A DNA stretch of 32,000 bases from Amoeboradix gromovi X-113 (GCA_018985225.1 JADGIF010000032.1:24-32023); one strand, 5' to 3'. Numbered from the stretch's first letter, positions 19,514 through 29,989 are shown. Numbers and translations: made by a program. The notes: generated by a model from the sequence alone, not told the origin.

Positions 19514-20788
19514 TTATTTGATTGCTTCTAAAGATTTAGAGATGGCCTCTACTCCTGTTTTAATTTGCTCGCTGTTAATCACTAGCGGAGGAGCTAATCT
19601 AATTATATCATTCTTTGTAGGCCTTGATAGAATTCCAAACTTCTTCATTTCCAAGCACAAATCCCACGCGGAATATTTAGAATCAATCTGAATTGCATTC
19701 ATTAACCCTCTGCCTCTAACATCCGATATAACAGGTGATTTTAGATTTCTTAGAGCCTGCCTTAGCAACTCACCCATTTCTAAAGCATTTTGAACTAGTT
19801 TCTCATCAATAACTACTTTCATGGCTTCCATTGCAACAGCGCAAGCCAATGGATTACCCCCAAATGTACTGCCATGCTGTCCTGGTTTTATAACCGACAA
19901 TATCTCGTCGTCTGCCAGCACACAAGAAACTGGATATAGTCCACCGCTTAGTGATTTACCAAGCAATACTATGTCTGCACGTACATCTTCATGATCTATA
20001 CATAACATTTTACCAGTTCTGCCAATCCCTGTTTGGATCTCATCAGCAATCAGTAAAACATTGAACTTAGTGCACAGTTCGTTTAATTTAGATAAGTAGC
20101 CTTCTGGAGGTAGTATAATACCTCCCTCGCCTTGAATTGGTTCTATAATGAAGGCCGCAATATGCTGATGATGTTGCTCAAAGCATTTTATGACATCTTC
20201 CAAATTGCCATACCTTATGATATTGTTAGTGACCGGACAAACAGGACCTACATTGCTTAACCTGGGACCAAAGTCAGAGTAAGCTGAAGGATCGGTAGAC
20301 ATCGCAGTAGCACATAAAGTACGTCCGTGAAAATTATTACTGCACGCGAGAATAATTGCCTTGTTTTCTGGAATGTTCTTTTTAAGATATCCCCATTTGC
20401 GACTTAGTTTAATAGCGGTATCTACTGACTCTGCACCCGTATTGGTAGGTAAGATCTTATCGTATTGAAACAATTCAGTCATAAATTTTGCATAGGTACC
20501 AAATTGGTCATTGTAAAAAGCACGGCTAGTCAGTGACAATTTCTTAATTTGATCTTCCATCGCTTTAACAATTCTTGGGTGGCAATGTCCTTGATTTACA
20601 CTGCCAATGCTGCTGAGAAAGTCTAGATATTTGTTCCCTTCTGGATCCCAAACATAAACACCACTGGCTTTAGAAATAACAACAGGCAATGGCTTGTAGT
20701 TGTTCGCACCGTAGTGCTCTTCGTATTGCATTAGCTTTTGAGACGAGAGGCTCGAATTCTTAAAAAAGCGGCGAAATAGCTGCGACAT
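19514..20788 (-). CDS. OAT: Ornithine aminotransferase, probably with a mitochondrial presequence
   Basis: YGANNYKPLPVV, NQGHCHP, EPIQGEGG, ADEIQTGIGRTG, LGKSLSGG (PLP lysine), HGSTFGGNPL. Confidence 0.96.
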   Translation of the reverse strand: MSQLFRRFFKNSSLSSQKLMQYEEHYGANNYKPLPVVISKASGVYVWDPEGNKYLDFLSSIGSVNQGHCHPRIVKAMEDQIKKLSLTSRAFYNDQFGTYAKFMTELFQYDKILPTNTGAESVDTAIKLSRKWGYLKKNIPENKAIILACSNNFHGRTLCATAMSTDPSAYSDFGPRLSNVGPVCPVTNNIIRYGNLEDVIKCFEQHHQHIAAFIIEPIQGEGGIILPPEGYLSKLNELCTKFNVLLIADEIQTGIGRTGKMLCIDHEDVRADIVLLGKSLSGGLYPVSCVLADDEILSVIKPGQHGSTFGGNPLACAVAMEAMKVVIDEKLVQNALEMGELLRQALRNLKSPVISDVRGRGLMNAIQIDSKYSAWDLCLEMKKFGILSRPTKNDIIRLAPPLVINSEQIKTGVEAISKSLEAIK

Positions 20789-20866
20789 TGTACTAAAAAT
20801 AGAGGGCACACACCGATAAAAGAGTTTAAAAAAAATCAGCCGTCTTGCAAGGCTCAAAATAATTAT

Positions 20867-20950
20867 TGCACAGACTGGGATTCGAACCCAGGCGGACTTC
20901 GTCCACCAGAACTTAAGTCTGGCGCCTTAGACCAACTCGGCCATCTGTGC
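20867..20950 (-). tRNA. tRNA-Leu(TAA), intronless, long variable arm
   Basis: GCACAGA/TCTGTGC acceptor stem, TGGCCGAGTTGG A box, CCAGA-CTTAAGT-TCTGG anticodon arm, GGTTCGAATCC B box, downstream TTTT. Confidence 0.97.
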
Positions 20951-21028
20951 CTAACAATTTTGGCGGCATTTTTGTGTAACAACCTCTATATTAACCTGGT
21001 CTACAAACTTTAATTTTTCTTGCACTCC

Positions 21029-22417
21029 ATGCTAGATGGATTCCTTGTTATCAGTATGAGCGGTCTCTTAGAATACCAATATGTACCTTTTGATCAGACC
21101 GCAGTATACGAATTAGCTACTACTTATCTAGAATCTGTTCTTGACAGTAAACCGTTTGAAAACACAGAGTACAAGTTGCATCATTTTTATTTTGATCCTT
21201 TTATTTTTATTTTGATTCATCATATTAGTAACAACATCAAATATGTAGATGATGTATTTCAATTTACAGCGTCGAATTTCCCCAGCACCAATTTTGATAC
21301 TTTATTAAAGCAATATTTATTAGCACAGGAAGAAAAACCTGAAGGAAATAAACACAAAATAAAAAAGACAAAAAGATCAAAAGTCCAAAAAGATCTTAAT
21401 GAGGATATGGATGATTTGAATTTTAGCAAGGCTTCTGAGACTAAGTCAGTTGCGAAAATTGATATTCAACCAACGCGGAAACAGCTGCTCCCTCAGACTA
21501 AAAGTTATATTTCAAGCTGGATTAACAAACTTAGTGGCCAGCAGCGCATAACGGATGATGACCTGGCTACTTTGCTAATAGATTTAGAACAGTTATTTGT
21601 CAAAAAGAACATCGCTCAAAATATTGCAAATGAACTAATTCAGCAGATTAGACTTCAGCTGAAGAACAAGCAAGTGGGGAGATTCCAGAGTATATGGCAT
21701 ATCATACAGGATGCAACAAATGATTACTTGACAAGGTTGTTAATTCCCAAGCAATCTACGGATTTACTCACATTGATGCGCAATAAACCATTTGTTTTGG
21801 CTTTTATAGGTGTCAATGGTGTCGGCAAAACTACCAATCTTGCAAAGATATGCTACTGGCTTTTGATCCACAAAAAATCAATTTTAATCGCTGCTTGCGA
21901 CACTTTTAGAAGTGGGGCGGTGGAGCAGCTTGCAATCCACGTTGATCGCTTGTCGGCTACATTTGACACAACTATAGAGCTTTTCCAACAGGGATATAAG
22001 AAAGATGCAGCAGCCGTTGCTAAAGATGCCATAGGATACGCCAAAGCAAACAGTTTTGATGTGGTTTTGATTGACACTGCTGGTAGAATGCAAGATGATG
22101 AGCCTTTGATGAGATCTTTAGGGAAGTTGGTCCAGATGAATCCAATTGATAAGATCGTTTTTGTAGGTGAAGCTTTGGTTGGGAATGAATGCATTGAGCA
22201 ATTAACAAAGTTTAATAATGTGATCAAACAGCGAGCCAATAGACAAGTAGATTACATATTGCTAACAAAGTTTGACACAGTAGACGATCTAGTAGGTGCA
22301 GCTATTAATATGGTGTATTTGACAAAGCAACCAATTTTATTCGTTGGAGTTGGGCAAGAATATCAAGATATATGCGAGTTAGATGTTGCAAGCGTAGTAG
22401 CAAGTATTCTGAAGTAA
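21029..22417 (+). CDS. SRP101: Signal recognition particle receptor alpha subunit
   Basis: GVNGVGKTTNLAKI, AACDTFRSGAVEQL, DTAGRMQD, TKFDTVDD, GQEYQD; N-terminal longin-like MLDGFLVISMSG. Confidence 0.96.
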   Translation: MLDGFLVISMSGLLEYQYVPFDQTAVYELATTYLESVLDSKPFENTEYKLHHFYFDPFIFILIHHISNNIKYVDDVFQFTASNFPSTNFDTLLKQYLLAQEEKPEGNKHKIKKTKRSKVQKDLNEDMDDLNFSKASETKSVAKIDIQPTRKQLLPQTKSYISSWINKLSGQQRITDDDLATLLIDLEQLFVKKNIAQNIANELIQQIRLQLKNKQVGRFQSIWHIIQDATNDYLTRLLIPKQSTDLLTLMRNKPFVLAFIGVNGVGKTTNLAKICYWLLIHKKSILIAACDTFRSGAVEQLAIHVDRLSATFDTTIELFQQGYKKDAAAVAKDAIGYAKANSFDVVLIDTAGRMQDDEPLMRSLGKLVQMNPIDKIVFVGEALVGNECIEQLTKFNNVIKQRANRQVDYILLTKFDTVDDLVGAAINMVYLTKQPILFVGVGQEYQDICELDVASVVASILK

Positions 22418-22418
22418 A

Positions 22419-24155
22419 TCATCTATATTTATTGTACACCATCTTTACTGTTTCTCCAAAATGAACAAGAACTTCCATTAAATCGTTACTTTCATCGAGC
22501 TGTGTGACATCATAGAAACTTCCACGCACCCTTTGCAATATATTCCTTGGAGGCGCTAACAATCTACTCAACATCAGCCTATACTCTTTCAATTGATTAG
22601 AGATCATCCCAAGCATTCTTTGCGACTTACTGTTTTCAGATTCCATCGCGAGTAAATCTTCCCTAGACTTCAGATTGTCTTGCTGTAGCTGCCTGAAATA
22701 ATCTGATAGGCTTACCTTTATTGCATGTATGGTCGGGTTGCTTTCAAAGCTACCTGTGATCACGTTGTTAATTGTTCTTGGACTACTAAGCCATTCTATG
22801 AGATTTTTAAATTTATTTATTTCTTCGCCCAATTCCTTGTTAACGGCTCTTAATTGAGTGTTTTCTTTAAGTAAAAACTCTAATTCTTTGTTTTCAATTG
22901 GATTTGTAGTAAAATTCACTAGATGCTGTGCTACAGCCATATATTGCTTGTATGTCATACACTGGGATGACAAATCTTTGCTTAGTAACTGCAATTGATG
23001 AAATGGTGGGTCGGTTAACCTGTCTCTGCTAAACTCAATGTTAAACGATGGTAATTGAGCAGATAAATCTTGAAACCAGTGAATGTTCTCTAAAGAATTT
23101 CTAACAGAGCTTGTTAATCTAAACGATTCAGCAAACTCCGCTCTCTTTTCCTTTTCGTCTTTTAGAGCATTATCCAGTACATCGCTTGCATTTTCAATCA
23201 AGTCTGCCAGTTGATCTTCCCATGCCTTTCTTCTACCAAATTCTGCAACTCCTGTGGTATAGTTTTCCAGTATATCATGAAGAATTTCTAACTGTTGTAC
23301 ATCAGCTAAAACGCTTTCATAGAGCATGCTGGTCTCTTTCTGATCTCTAATAAAAATCGCGGTTGCAGATTGATGTTCTTTGATTGCCTCGAGTCTCTTA
23401 ACAAACTCATTGTATTCAGATTCATGAATAGATAATGCTTCCAAGTAAACAGATTTAGCTTGGTTTTCCAAGTTTGTTAAAATTGATAAATTAGAAGATT
23501 CATTGGTTATAGATTTTTCTGGTGACTCGATATATTCTTGATAAACCGTCAAAAGTTTGGTATATATCATATCCGCTTGGTTCAAAAAAGGTGAGAAATC
23601 CTTATTTTGAACTTGAAAGGGATTAAAAGGCTCAACATTAGTAGGGAATCTCAAGTTATCACACAGCTGCTGAACTTCGTTTACAGATGCTTCGCAGTGG
23701 TTATACCAGTCTGATAATTTAGAAATTGGTAATCTTACGTCCAACTGTTCCAAGACAGCCAGCCAGTCTTTGGATTTTATTAAAATATCATTAAGTGGGC
23801 GGACATTAAATATCAAAACCGAAGGATGTGTGTTGACCTGCAATATTAGAGCTTGAGCAGCCCTAGACCATAAATGACATTCGGCCATCAATTTATTATA
23901 ATGATACATCAATGCCTTTAAATGCAAAAGAGTCTGCTCCGCTATGTGCAGCAAACGCAATGCTTCATTTTCTTCGTCTAGTGGCTCATTTATAAATGGA
24001 TAACTCGGCTGTGTATATTCTGGAATATTTGCAATTTTATTCTTTGGAAATACAAAAATATCTTTCTCATCATCTTCGTATGCTCTCATACCATTTTCGT
24101 CAATCAGTATACATTCCTCCAATGGTGAACTTGACTTAAAGATGTGCAAGAGCAT
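22419..24155 (-). CDS. Atg11/Atg17-family autophagy scaffold-like coiled-coil protein
   Basis: EFGRRKAW...LKDEKEKRAEFAESF resembles the Atg17-like domain motif; N-terminal ILIDENG...IFVF resembles Atg11. Confidence 0.6.
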   Translation of the reverse strand: MLLHIFKSSSPLEECILIDENGMRAYEDDEKDIFVFPKNKIANIPEYTQPSYPFINEPLDEENEALRLLHIAEQTLLHLKALMYHYNKLMAECHLWSRAAQALILQVNTHPSVLIFNVRPLNDILIKSKDWLAVLEQLDVRLPISKLSDWYNHCEASVNEVQQLCDNLRFPTNVEPFNPFQVQNKDFSPFLNQADMIYTKLLTVYQEYIESPEKSITNESSNLSILTNLENQAKSVYLEALSIHESEYNEFVKRLEAIKEHQSATAIFIRDQKETSMLYESVLADVQQLEILHDILENYTTGVAEFGRRKAWEDQLADLIENASDVLDNALKDEKEKRAEFAESFRLTSSVRNSLENIHWFQDLSAQLPSFNIEFSRDRLTDPPFHQLQLLSKDLSSQCMTYKQYMAVAQHLVNFTTNPIENKELEFLLKENTQLRAVNKELGEEINKFKNLIEWLSSPRTINNVITGSFESNPTIHAIKVSLSDYFRQLQQDNLKSREDLLAMESENSKSQRMLGMISNQLKEYRLMLSRLLAPPRNILQRVRGSFYDVTQLDESNDLMEVLVHFGETVKMVYNKYR

Positions 24156-24194
24156 GAAGGAGATTAATTTTCATAATTAAATCTTTTTGTAAAC

Positions 24195-26462
24195 ATGGGA
24201 GTAGCAAACCTCTGGCAACTAGTACAACCAACTGGCCATGAAGTTCAATTGGAAACTCTTCGCAATAAAATTGTAGCTGTGGATGCATCGATTTGGATAT
24301 ACACTTTTATTCGTAGTTTACATAACCATGGGGAATTTAGTTATTTACTGGGCTTTCTGAAAAGAATAGCCAAACTACTATATTACGGTATCAGGCCTGT
24401 ATTTGTATTTGACGGTAGGCCTCCGCAGCTAAAAAAGCGAGTGATTAATGCTAGAAGAAACAAAAATGAATTTGACCCTAAGAAACTGGCTTTACAAATC
24501 ATGAATGATCCTAAAATAATTCACAACATTAACCCCAAAAATGATATGTATAAAATGCCTTTCGTCAATAATAAATTTACTAATTCCAACAATGATATTA
24601 GAATGCCTCTGCTTCCTCAAGAATTTGTAAACGCGTTTGAACAGTACCAACACGTTAGTACACTACATAGAAACAGCAGATCCTCAAATACCCAACAACA
24701 GCTTGAGATACATTCTACTACGGACCCACTTGAATTTAGTAAAATGCAGGTCAGAAATGTTCAATATCGCCATAATGTTACTAACGAACTTCACAAAGTA
24801 ATTGGAATGAACCAAGAGAAACCTCTATTGGGAAACAGACTCAAGTCATACAAGTTTTCAAAAAGTACCAGCAATGTGCAGGATTTTCATCCAGAATCAA
24901 ACTGGTTTGATGATACTACGGATAACGACCACCAGCTATTCAATACTTGTGACAAAACCGAGTCTCTTTATGTTGAAGATAGCCAAAATATTGAGCTTCA
25001 TAGTGAAAACAATTCAGTTATTGATTTAATTTCTTCCGAGTCAGAGTTTGAAGATGTTGCACCATCTGCGGATACTCCATTTAATGCAGATATAGATTGG
25101 TTCATCGCTTCATGGCAACCCTTCGCACCGCCCAGAACATTCAAAATATTTGATTCTACAATTTTTTATGACTTGTTCCAACTGAGCGGAACTGACATTA
25201 AAGCAAAGATTGCAGAGCTTTCCAAATATAGAGATAGCGCATTCAAGGAATCTTACTTGTATATTATTCAGTATTTGGATGCTATATTGGAATACAAACA
25301 TATGAACACTGGTTATAGAAACTTTAAACCTGAGCCTACTAAATCGAAGCCGTCGTTCTCTTATGCCACTAACGACGTTGTTAAACCTCAAAACCAGTCA
25401 AGCTTAATCAGGTTGTTTCAAACAGCTCCAAAAATACAAAAAATAAAAATTATTAAAAATGAAAAGTTGTTTAAGATAAACTACGAATCGCCGTCATTGC
25501 CTGATATGCCGAAAGCAGATGAAATTAGTGAGAATAATATAGAATTGGCAATTGTAGACACAAATTTGATGGATACAGATACATCCATTGTTAACGAAAT
25601 TCATCACGCTCAAGTCAGTGGCGTAAAATCAGAAGACTTGTCAAATGATCCTTCAAAAGCAACACAACCAACGGCTCTAGGTTCTAATCCAGTACAGTCT
25701 GCCACAATAAGTAGTGAAATGTTGTTAGAATGCATGCATCTTTTAAAACTATTTGGAATACCTTATATCGTAGCACCGCAAGAAGCAGAAGCACAATGCG
25801 CTTATTTAAATCAGAATAAACTGGTAGATGGGATAATAACAGATGACAGTGATGTGTTCTTGTTCGGCGGCATAGACATATACAGACACATATTCAAAAA
25901 CAACATGCAAGTAGAGCATTTCAATACAGAACAAATTCAAAGCGATTTAAGTTTAAATAGACAAGATTTTGTAGACTTGGCGCAATTATTGGGTAGTGAC
26001 TATTGCTTGGGATACAAAGGAGTAGGTCTCATAACAGCGATGGAAATACTATTAGAATTTGGCGATTTAAAAGGGTTCAACAGATACTGTATGCAAATTC
26101 AATCCGGTCACAAAAATGATAGAAACGATAAATTCAAAACTATAGCAAAAAAAGTGTTGATACCGAATGCATATGAGATTCAGCAAATCGAAGATGCTTA
26201 TCTGAGGCCAATAGTAGACGAAAACAAAGAGGAATTCGTGTTTGGGGAGATATTGTTGGAAGAATTAAAGGATTTTTTGAATATGAAATTAAAATGGGAA
26301 CATAGCAAAACAGAAGAATTACTAGGACCTGTAATAGAGGCACAAAAGAATAGAAAACTGAGTGGATATCAACAAACACTGAATTTTAGTAAAAGCGGTA
26401 AAGAAATTAATTACGGAAGTAAACGGCTGACTCAAGTTATGGAACTGTTTAGGCAGAGGTAA
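24195..26462 (+). CDS. RAD2: XPG/Rad2 nucleotide excision repair endonuclease
   Basis: MGVANLW, VAVDASIWIY, PVFVFDG, long spacer, APQEAEAQCA, TDDSDVFLFG, LLGSDY, GVGLITAMEIL, PIP-like QQTLNF. Confidence 0.95.
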   Translation: MGVANLWQLVQPTGHEVQLETLRNKIVAVDASIWIYTFIRSLHNHGEFSYLLGFLKRIAKLLYYGIRPVFVFDGRPPQLKKRVINARRNKNEFDPKKLALQIMNDPKIIHNINPKNDMYKMPFVNNKFTNSNNDIRMPLLPQEFVNAFEQYQHVSTLHRNSRSSNTQQQLEIHSTTDPLEFSKMQVRNVQYRHNVTNELHKVIGMNQEKPLLGNRLKSYKFSKSTSNVQDFHPESNWFDDTTDNDHQLFNTCDKTESLYVEDSQNIELHSENNSVIDLISSESEFEDVAPSADTPFNADIDWFIASWQPFAPPRTFKIFDSTIFYDLFQLSGTDIKAKIAELSKYRDSAFKESYLYIIQYLDAILEYKHMNTGYRNFKPEPTKSKPSFSYATNDVVKPQNQSSLIRLFQTAPKIQKIKIIKNEKLFKINYESPSLPDMPKADEISENNIELAIVDTNLMDTDTSIVNEIHHAQVSGVKSEDLSNDPSKATQPTALGSNPVQSATISSEMLLECMHLLKLFGIPYIVAPQEAEAQCAYLNQNKLVDGIITDDSDVFLFGGIDIYRHIFKNNMQVEHFNTEQIQSDLSLNRQDFVDLAQLLGSDYCLGYKGVGLITAMEILLEFGDLKGFNRYCMQIQSGHKNDRNDKFKTIAKKVLIPNAYEIQQIEDAYLRPIVDENKEEFVFGEILLEELKDFLNMKLKWEHSKTEELLGPVIEAQKNRKLSGYQQTLNFSKSGKEINYGSKRLTQVMELFRQR

Positions 26463-26507
26463 TTCTAATTCTAATAAATGGATTTTTATTTATATTATAC
26501 TGAAACC

Positions 26508-27578
26508 ATGATTTCAATCTTGCCAACTCCTGGAGCTTTCAAAAATCAGATGGATTTATTTCTTAAAAATAGTGCTAGAGTGAAACTTTCATCACTGTAC
26601 TCTGGAGATGAAATAAAAAAGGGTATTCTAATAGTGGACGGGCAGAGAAGTAAAAGGTCACCTAGCGCCTTTCCGAATACAAAATATTATGTACGGCAAC
26701 AAGGTTGGATAAACAGCAGATTCATCCCGAGTCCACTAAATGAGCTTGGAGAATTATATCATTGTAAGCTGTATGTGTTCGACAAGCATGTTATATTAAC
26801 AGGAGCTAACCTAGGTAAGGAATACTATACGAATAGAAAAGACAGGTATTATGTTATTAAGAATCATCATTTTGCTGATATGATGGATGAATTGCTGTCA
26901 TTTATGTTACAGACTAACGCATTTCAAAGCAATCCAGATGAAGAAAGGAAACTGGACATCTCAGGAGTAAAGCAAATACAGAGATGGAGCAACTTTCAGT
27001 GCCGAAAGATCGAAAATACATTTAGACATATGCCAAAAGGAACACATATCCTGCCTATTCTTAATTGGCCAAGACTGGGCATTAAGTTTGATATTTTAAG
27101 GTTTTTGAGGACCTTCTATCCTGACAATTTATTTACTTTAAGCACAGCTTACTTCAATCCTGGCGCCGAATTGACGGATATGATCAGCAGAAATGCTACC
27201 GTAATTGCTCCGAGCATAGACACTCATGGTTTTCATAACGGAAAAGGACTCAAGAAGTACATTCCTCTTCTTTACCAAGATATGGTTAATAAAAATGACA
27301 TAAAAACGTGGTCAAAAGAGGGAAGTTCTTATCATGCCAAAGGGATATGGATTGAGGACAAAGAACATATTGTAACAGTTATTGGGAGTAATAATTATGG
27401 CAGCAGATCATCAAAAGATGTGGAATTAGATTTCATAATCTTGACAGATGATATGATGGTGAAAAATGAAATTAAAAATGAAATTGATGGCATTTTAAAG
27501 AATTGCAAGAATAGAGATGTCGTTAAGCTACCTTTTTGGATCAGCTTAGTAAGCAAAGCGACTTCTCGCATTTTATAA
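26508..27578 (+). CDS. PGS1: Phosphatidylglycerophosphate synthase (PLD superfamily)
   Basis: LSSLY, HCKLYVFDKHVILTGANL..YYTNRKDRY, TAYFN, YHAKGIW, IGSNNYGSRS. Alternative ATG at 26478. Confidence 0.9.
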   Translation: MISILPTPGAFKNQMDLFLKNSARVKLSSLYSGDEIKKGILIVDGQRSKRSPSAFPNTKYYVRQQGWINSRFIPSPLNELGELYHCKLYVFDKHVILTGANLGKEYYTNRKDRYYVIKNHHFADMMDELLSFMLQTNAFQSNPDEERKLDISGVKQIQRWSNFQCRKIENTFRHMPKGTHILPILNWPRLGIKFDILRFLRTFYPDNLFTLSTAYFNPGAELTDMISRNATVIAPSIDTHGFHNGKGLKKYIPLLYQDMVNKNDIKTWSKEGSSYHAKGIWIEDKEHIVTVIGSNNYGSRSSKDVELDFIILTDDMMVKNEIKNEIDGILKNCKNRDVVKLPFWISLVSKATSRIL

Positions 27579-27596
27579 TAAATTTTGAAACCTTGC

Positions 27597-28043
27597 ATGT
27601 TTAGAAAATTAGAGGCGTCCTCGCTATCTCTTCAAATATTTGCTATGTTATCAGCTCATTTTCTAATATTTAGCATATTCGTGATGTTTATGCATCTGTT
27701 TATTAATTATCCAATATCCTTGTATGCTATATTTTACCCATTTGGACTCTTTACAAGGTATTCTTTGCTTCTGAGTCTGTGTTACTTGCCTACCGTTTTA
27801 GTAACGTCCGTAATTTACTCAAAGCTGGTCATGAGGTACAAAATTGCATGGGACTTTGGGTTAACGCTTGTTATAAGTCAGCTTATTCTTTCGCTGTTGT
27901 ATAGCCGCACAACTTCAACATGGTATCTGGGTATATTGGGTGTATATTGCGGACTGTTTATTTTACTAAGCCAATATATATGCATGCACTTTGAAACAGA
28001 GCCTATAGACATTCAAATGCAACCAATGAAGAGAAACGAATAA
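27597..28043 (+). CDS. SYS1: SYS1-like Golgi integral membrane protein
   Basis: MFR start, LQIFAM, RYKIAWDFGLTL, YICMHFETEPI; four hydrophobic segments. Confidence 0.8.
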   Translation: MFRKLEASSLSLQIFAMLSAHFLIFSIFVMFMHLFINYPISLYAIFYPFGLFTRYSLLLSLCYLPTVLVTSVIYSKLVMRYKIAWDFGLTLVISQLILSLLYSRTTSTWYLGILGVYCGLFILLSQYICMHFETEPIDIQMQPMKRNE

Positions 28044-28248
28044 ATACTTTATTTTTACTAGTTCTGCTTTAACGAATTCTCAGCGATATGAATATTCTAT
28101 TGTGCATAAAAGATTTAGATCTTTTGGTGGCCAAGCCAAAAGCGTCGGTGAAAGACACACGTTATCACAAAACTGCATCATTTTACAGACGTACGCTCTA
28201 CACGTCTCATGATGCAATACCATAAAATCTGTATCAGCCTGTTTATTC

Positions 28249-29395
28249 ATGCTATCCATTTTACCAATAATATATTGCAGTATCCAGCAAGATCATTGGG
28301 CTGAGGATTATCAATATACCGTAAGAACAGAAGAAAACAGCCAAAAAATCAGCTATGTAATGTTGGCTGATGAGCTATATCAAGTTCCATGTGGAAGAAA
28401 AACTGCTGGTTGGGTAAGAACTATGTGGCATGACTTTGGTACTTACAGTCGAGTTGATAATACTGGGGGACTAGATGGAAGTATCATCTACGAACTAGGA
28501 AGGCTAGAAAATACTCGTTTAGACACCCCAACCTATAATTTGGCGAACAAAGCTAATACTTATGGTGTTTCGTTGTCCGATACAATTGCTCTTGCAGCGA
28601 TAATAGCAATTAGAAAATGTGGAGGTCCAAAAATCCCTTTTTTTTATGGTAGAGAAGATGCAGCTTCAGCAAATCCTGGAGGCAGAATGCTGTTTACCAA
28701 CGCAACGTTTGATATGATGACCAGCGCAATGATTGATGTAAACGGAATGTCTTTCCCCCAGTTTGTAGCCTCGATTGGTGTCGGGCATACAATTGGAAAA
28801 CTAAATGCTGTACATATTACTAATGCAGGACTTTGGACCAATGAAGGAGGGCCCTCTTGATGTTACGATAGATTCACCCAGCAGTTTTGATAATTTGTAC
28901 TTTCAAACTCTTTTAAAAAATACAACAGTCTCTGGTTCTGGTGTTCCAATAACCAAATTTGCTAGCGATCAAATGCTACTTACTAACGACTACTCTACTA
29001 GAATGGTTCGGCGCCTAAGCAGAAACCAGCCTTTGTTTTTCAAGCTTACTAATGCTGTAATAACGTATATGACGACCATTGGCCATGATGATCTGTACTA
29101 CTTAAATCTGTGGAAATTCATCGAAGGAGCAAGTTGCAAGTCTTCAGAATCGACTATTTCATATGGAAGTCCTAATATAAATCAAGGACTCGGATCTGCA
29201 GCCACTGATCAGTCCAAGGGAAATGAAACTGTTAATGCGATTGATCCCAATGCAATAGTTACAAAACCAGGCGATACAGTGGCTCAGACGACTTTAGCTG
29301 ACGCAATGTCAAGAGCATTTACGCCAGTAACAAACGAAACTAAAATAACTGAAGGCGACTTACCAAAACCTGGTCCAGTAAATATGAAAAAATGA
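28249..29395 (+). CDS. Heme peroxidase of the peroxidase-catalase superfamily (hybrid-type-like), 2 exons (28249-28809, 28829-29395), 375 aa
   Basis: Distal WVRTMWHD, GGLDGSIIYE, GGPKIPFFYGREDA, proximal GHTIG; exon 2 has PSSFDNLYF and ASDQML. Confidence 0.9.
28810..28828 (+). other. 19-nt spliceosomal intron GTACATATTACTAATGCAG
   Basis: GT..AG with a TACTAAT branch site; joins GHTIGKLNA/DFGPMKEGPLD. Confidence 0.93.
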
Positions 29396-29422
29396 TGTTA
29401 AATTTAAGTAATTTATTGATTT

Positions 29423-29989
29423 TTAAACTTGTCTCATGCCAGCAGTAGTGTGGTTGCCAGCAGCTGTATGACTACCTGGCATTGCAGTAGAACTATGATG
29501 TTTTTCAGTTGAAGAATGACCCATTCCAATCTTCTCCTTAACTTTCTCTTTTATTCCTTTCTTTTCGCCAACTTCGTTGTCGCTAGAACTTGAGGATGAG
29601 GTCTGCTGACCACCATGATGTCCCGGCAACTTTTCTTTAATCTTTTGACCGGTTGATTTGTGCTGTCCCTGTTGATTTAGCTGGGAAACACCGGCTGCGG
29701 CGGTACTCGTTGAGTGACTCTTACCTTGGCTTGCTAGACCAGTTTGATGTCCAAGATCTGTTTGATGGTTATTGTGACTCAATCCAGTTCCGGTAACACC
29801 CGGCTGCTGATTGCTATACCCTTGATTTCCCAAGCCAGTTTGCTTTCCCATACCTGGTTGTTGTCCTGTGTAGCTTTGCTGCCCACTGCTTTGACCAACA
29901 ATAGGCTGACCAGTTTGCAATCCTGGTTGTTGGTTTGTTCCTTGTTGTCCTGTATACGATTGCTGTTGTCTTAGTTGTTCTTGATTCAT
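29423..29989 (-). CDS. Dehydrin-like (LEA group 2-like) hydrophilin
   Basis: Gly/Gln/Thr/His-rich with no Cys or Trp; GQKIKEKLPGHH, SSSSSSDNE, EKKGIKEKVKEKIG. Confidence 0.8.
   Translation of the reverse strand: MNQEQLRQQQSYTGQQGTNQQPGLQTGQPIVGQSSGQQSYTGQQPGMGKQTGLGNQGYSNQQPGVTGTGLSHNNHQTDLGHQTGLASQGKSHSTSTAAAGVSQLNQQGQHKSTGQKIKEKLPGHHGGQQTSSSSSSDNEVGEKKGIKEKVKEKIGMGHSSTEKHHSSTAMPGSHTAAGNHTTAGMRQV

Noticed and set aside
28805-28860. Programmed frameshift or pseudogenes explaining the split ORFs
   Set aside because: Every break is bracketed by GT..YAG with an A at -6 and is repaired exactly by splicing.
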